64,000 nucleotides of DNA from Spirochaetia bacterium. Lineage in GTDB: Bacteria; Spirochaetota; Spirochaetia; CAKZLE01. Within the stretch, counting starts at the first letter, position 1, and every line of letters starts with the position of its first letter. This document shows, in pieces, positions 62,929-64,000 of the stretch. The DNA lies in the NCBI GenBank assembly GCA_963677595.1, contig OY782041.1, positions 1,600,001 through 1,664,000 on the forward strand. Direction: 5' to 3'. The notes below the pieces were generated by a model. It did no database searches. It saw only the letters and a program-made list of their open reading frames with translations, and was not told the origin of the DNA. The translations under genes were made by a program, and so were the position numbers.

Positions 62929-64000
62929 CGTGTAATGATCTATTGTGATGGATGCTGGACTGCCAGACATACCTCAATGAGAAAGATACACTGACCGGTC
63001 ATCGAAGACTACTTGGAGACTTCCCGGGGAATTCTCCCCGGGAATGATCTCAATAATAAAAATGAAGGACATCTACGCACTTCCTGTCATAAAGCTTCCC
63101 AACTATCCGTTAATTTTATTTTGAGGAGGCTGCCATGATAGACAGACCTTTACGATTGACGGCAACCAGGATCATCGGCTTGGATCTTTCCAAGAAGACT
63201 CTGGTTGGGTGTATGCTGCTAGCAGAAGAAGGGTTCATGAAGAATCACTTCTTCAACGAGAAGATGAATGCTCAAGGACGTCAGCGACTCGCTGAACGGT
63301 TCAAAGCAGGAGATGCGATCTTTATGGAGGGAGGGACATCTTCCTTCAACCTCGCACGGTATCTGCTGAAGCACACCGAAGCAGACGTGTATGTACTCAA
63401 CCCCATGAAACTGCATATCATCTTCGAGTCGATCTGCAAGACAGATCGGCAAGATGCTGCAAAATTGGCTAAGTATGCACGGGATGCCCATCCTGAGAAC
63501 TGGGTACTGGTTCCCATCCCGACTGAACAGGAATCTGCTGAGCGCTCAGTAGTCAAACTTCACATCGCCTATGCTCAGTATCGTACGAAGGTCATCAACA
63601 AGCTTCATGCGGTATTCACGGGAATGGGGTTCCCTGACCTGAAGAAATCGGATCTGAAGGATCCTCGCAAGCGACGGGCCTGGGTGGAGACCCTACTCGC
63701 CGAGGAGATAGCTCTATTCAGTGCAGGGCTCCTGCTCGAAGAGCTTGAATCATTGGAGTCGCAGATGGAACGTATTCATGAGAAGCTCAAGGAGATCATT
63801 CTCGCTCATCCACGAGAAGCTCTTTCCTGGCTCTCGATCCCTGGCATCGGAGACATCACGGCTGTAACGCTCATTGCCTTCCTCGGTAATGGAGACCGAT
63901 TCTCTTCTGCTAACCAACTGAGGAACTATATCGGTCTCATCCCGAAGAAGGATCAATCTGGGACGGTCGATAAGCAGCTCGGGGTCTCTCGTCACGGGTG
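62929..64000 (+). mobile_element. IS110 family element (left non-coding end + recombinase, runs off window)
   Basis: Transposase ORF plus ~200-bp structured upstream region; left boundary inferred. Confidence 0.8.
63135..64000 (+). CDS. IS110 family transposase/recombinase (partial; absent from ORF track because no stop in window)
   Basis: GAGGAGG SD; IGLDLSK, MEG, VLNP, KTDRQDA (DEDD); SIPGIG..RF....YIGLIP...QSG. Confidence 0.93.
   Translation, partial: MIDRPLRLTATRIIGLDLSKKTLVGCMLLAEEGFMKNHFFNEKMNAQGRQRLAERFKAGDAIFMEGGTSSFNLARYLLKHTEADVYVLNPMKLHIIFESICKTDRQDAAKLAKYARDAHPENWVLVPIPTEQESAERSVVKLHIAYAQYRTKVINKLHAVFTGMGFPDLKKSDLKDPRKRRAWVETLLAEEIALFSAGLLLEELESLESQMERIHEKLKEIILAHPREALSWLSIPGIGDITAVTLIAFLGNGDRFSSANQLRNYIGLIPKKDQSGTVDKQLGVSRHG

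Noticed and set aside
62904-62936. Complete in-situ promoter TTGACG...TGTAAT for the IS110 non-coding region
   Set aside because: Spacer is 21 bp, too long; the -35 is more likely supplied by the right end after circularisation

Overview
Chromosomal, probably origin-proximal segment of an anaerobic bacterium. It is most likely a Spirochaetota member (Sphaerochaetaceae-like), inferred from tRNA-Arg(GCG), a long spirochaete-type thymidine kinase, a cyclophilin-FKBP fusion and a BMP binding protein. Contents in order: 3' part of gyrA, three parS sites, parA-parB-ppi-radA, and peptidase/redox genes. Next come an OmpR-type two-component pair divergent from three secreted-protein genes, MATE, YgiQ, djlA, and a tRNA(4 Ser + Arg)-ffs-dnaX-ybaB-recR unit. 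These are followed by an acyltransferase/Zn-ribbon membrane operon, a nucleoside salvage cluster (deoC, tdk, pdp, ABC-BMP, PNP), a Crp/Fnr regulator with nearby targets, the [FeFe]-hydrogenase maturation operon (TM1266-hydF-hydG-hydE-mnmA) and the start of an IS110 element. Best leads: (1) two paralogous secreted proteins and a beta-barrel-like protein whose three promoters share phased 11-bp repeats and identical geometry next to a two-component system; (2) an IS110 non-coding end holding an 11-nt segment that matches its own flank 10/11 (bridge-RNA guide candidate); (3) three class II Crp-type promoters; (4) a ~275-nt terminator-containing leader before the hyd operon; (5) many apparently leaderless genes. 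All product calls come from motif recognition by eye; no database searches were run.
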